The position numbers and the translations under genes are program-made. 64,000 bases of DNA from Eledone cirrhosa (taxonomy: Eukaryota): assembly GCA_964016885.1 (NCBI GenBank), contig OZ024741.1, forward strand, positions 129,642,001 to 129,706,000, read 5' to 3'. Of the stretch, positions 62,278-64,000 are shown piece after piece (position 1 is the stretch's first letter; every line of letters starts with the position of its first letter). Below the pieces are notes generated by a model, which saw only the letters and a list, made by a program, of their open reading frames with translations, searched no databases and was not told the origin of the DNA.

Positions 62278-63401
62278 ATATATATATGTATATATATATA
62301 TATGCATATATATATGTGTATATATACATATACGTATATATACAAATTATATATATATATATGTTTATATGTAAGTATAATGCAATACTTGTTGAGTCGG
62401 ATATTGTATTCATGTTCGTTCATGATTCAATAATACATTAATCCATTATCTACATCCACCATCGATGTATATACCTTATACATACACGCATATACACGTT
62501 TATACTACATAAACATTTGTACATACTACAGTAGACATAATGTTTATTCCCGACTGATTGTTTTCGTAGATTATGTGAAAATCAATATGGAAATGTTTTC
62601 ATATCATATATTAATTATCATAAGGTGCAGAAAGCTCATGGGCCATTTCTACCAGCACCGCCGCTGTGGGATGGGCGATGTACTTCATTCTTCTTGATGT
62701 CTGTGAAGGCACGTGGATTAATAGTTGCGGGTTGGGTTCGCAGTCGTAGGGGTGTGGATTACATTTTCAGATGAAAGTGAAATCTTTCTGATATTTTTAC
62801 TCCAACTTTTCAGTCGTAATTTATCTTTCTATCATTTTTACGATCGAGGAAAACCAACGTGTAGGAATTCTGAAGAAACAAATCAAAACAACCTGAGTTA
62901 CAACCCTTTTTTTTAATGTAGGCACGAATGTAAATTAGCGCTGGCGGCCCGCCTGATGATGAGCCATATCTCACGGGGCCCATTTCTCGAAAAAGGTTAC
63001 CCATGTCTGATATACACCCTTCAATATTTACCGATATACATAAATACGTATATTCATACCAACATTCCCATGAATAAATTTCTAAACATATAAACGAAGA
63101 GACGTGCCTCAGCAAATATGCATACACGTATGAAAACTTTTTCTCATACATACATTCATCAATACGTACATGAACACACTGAAACACACATACACACACA
63201 AGAACACATACACATGCAAGCACACACACACACGTATACATACAAACACATATGAACATACATGTATATTCATATATACTCGTATAGTGATAATCATAAA
63301 TATATGTACTGACCCATATAGCACTGACGTAATCATTTTTTATTATCAACGCACACATACACATGCTCACATGAATAGATACATGTACAAACTGACACCG
63401 T

Positions 63402-63439
<38 letters not shown>

Positions 63440-63617
63440 AGAAAATTCACACAGATTTACAGGGATTCGGGCATGACAATTAGAAAGATACAGAGGGTAT
63501 ACACGTTTAAGAGAGATAGAGATAGATAGAGAGAGAGAGGGGGGGTGGCAGAAGTGTGGTGGAAGGGAAACTATGTGTGAGCTAAAGTGGGTTGAAAAAA
63601 ATGAGTCGAGGGTACCA

Positions 63618-63688
<71 letters not shown>

Positions 63689-64000
63689 AAGAAAGGAGAG
63701 AGAAACAAAAACAACAGCAACAATGACAACACAGAAGAAAGGACGTCACAAGACTACAATTTGAAAGGGTTAAGTCTGCCATTTTAACATCTCCAATGCC
63801 ACCTTGGTAGTGATATTTCACACTTTAGAACAACTAATTGTCCAAATTGAAACCTCCGGTGTCTCCTCAGTTTTGCTTTCACAATTTTATTTGTCTAGTG
63901 AGGCAAATATATACCGTCCAGCGAATATTGTAGCGTATCATGGCAGGCGACGAAATGTATGTATGTATGTTAAGAGAGTGGGACTGGCTTTGTGCAGTGC

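Noticed and set aside
62600-63000. Unique-looking, moderately GC-rich segment as an exon of another gene
   Set aside because: The candidate acceptor gives short frames with stops; no recognisable domain.

Overview
Eukaryotic, AT-rich, microsatellite-saturated genomic DNA. The SINE and LINE-tail types suggest a cephalopod, probably an octopod (inference). I can reconstruct one host gene, on the minus strand: a secreted C-type-lectin + PAN/apple protein with exons at 51461-51392, 49952-49793, 46800-46589, possibly 34590-34480, and 15155-14917. The rest is mostly retroelement material. There are at least seven Penelope-like element (PLE; RT + C-terminal GIY-YIG) copies or fragments, two of which form a 6.5-kb palindrome with intact ORFs. 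About 20 type-I hammerhead-ribozyme (HHR) motifs lie in PLE 3' ends and in small 356-511-bp retrozyme-like units inserted in (TA)n tracts. RTE-clade LINE remnants, tRNA-derived SINEs and a decayed hAT-like transposase are also present. The most notable pattern: in eight otherwise dissimilar families the element/(TA)n junction falls about 3-15 nt upstream of a conserved RCTC-N(7-17)-GAGY hairpin. Several HHRs also carry a compensatory U3-A8 core pair. All ribozyme folds were paired by eye, and family or clade names were not database-checked.
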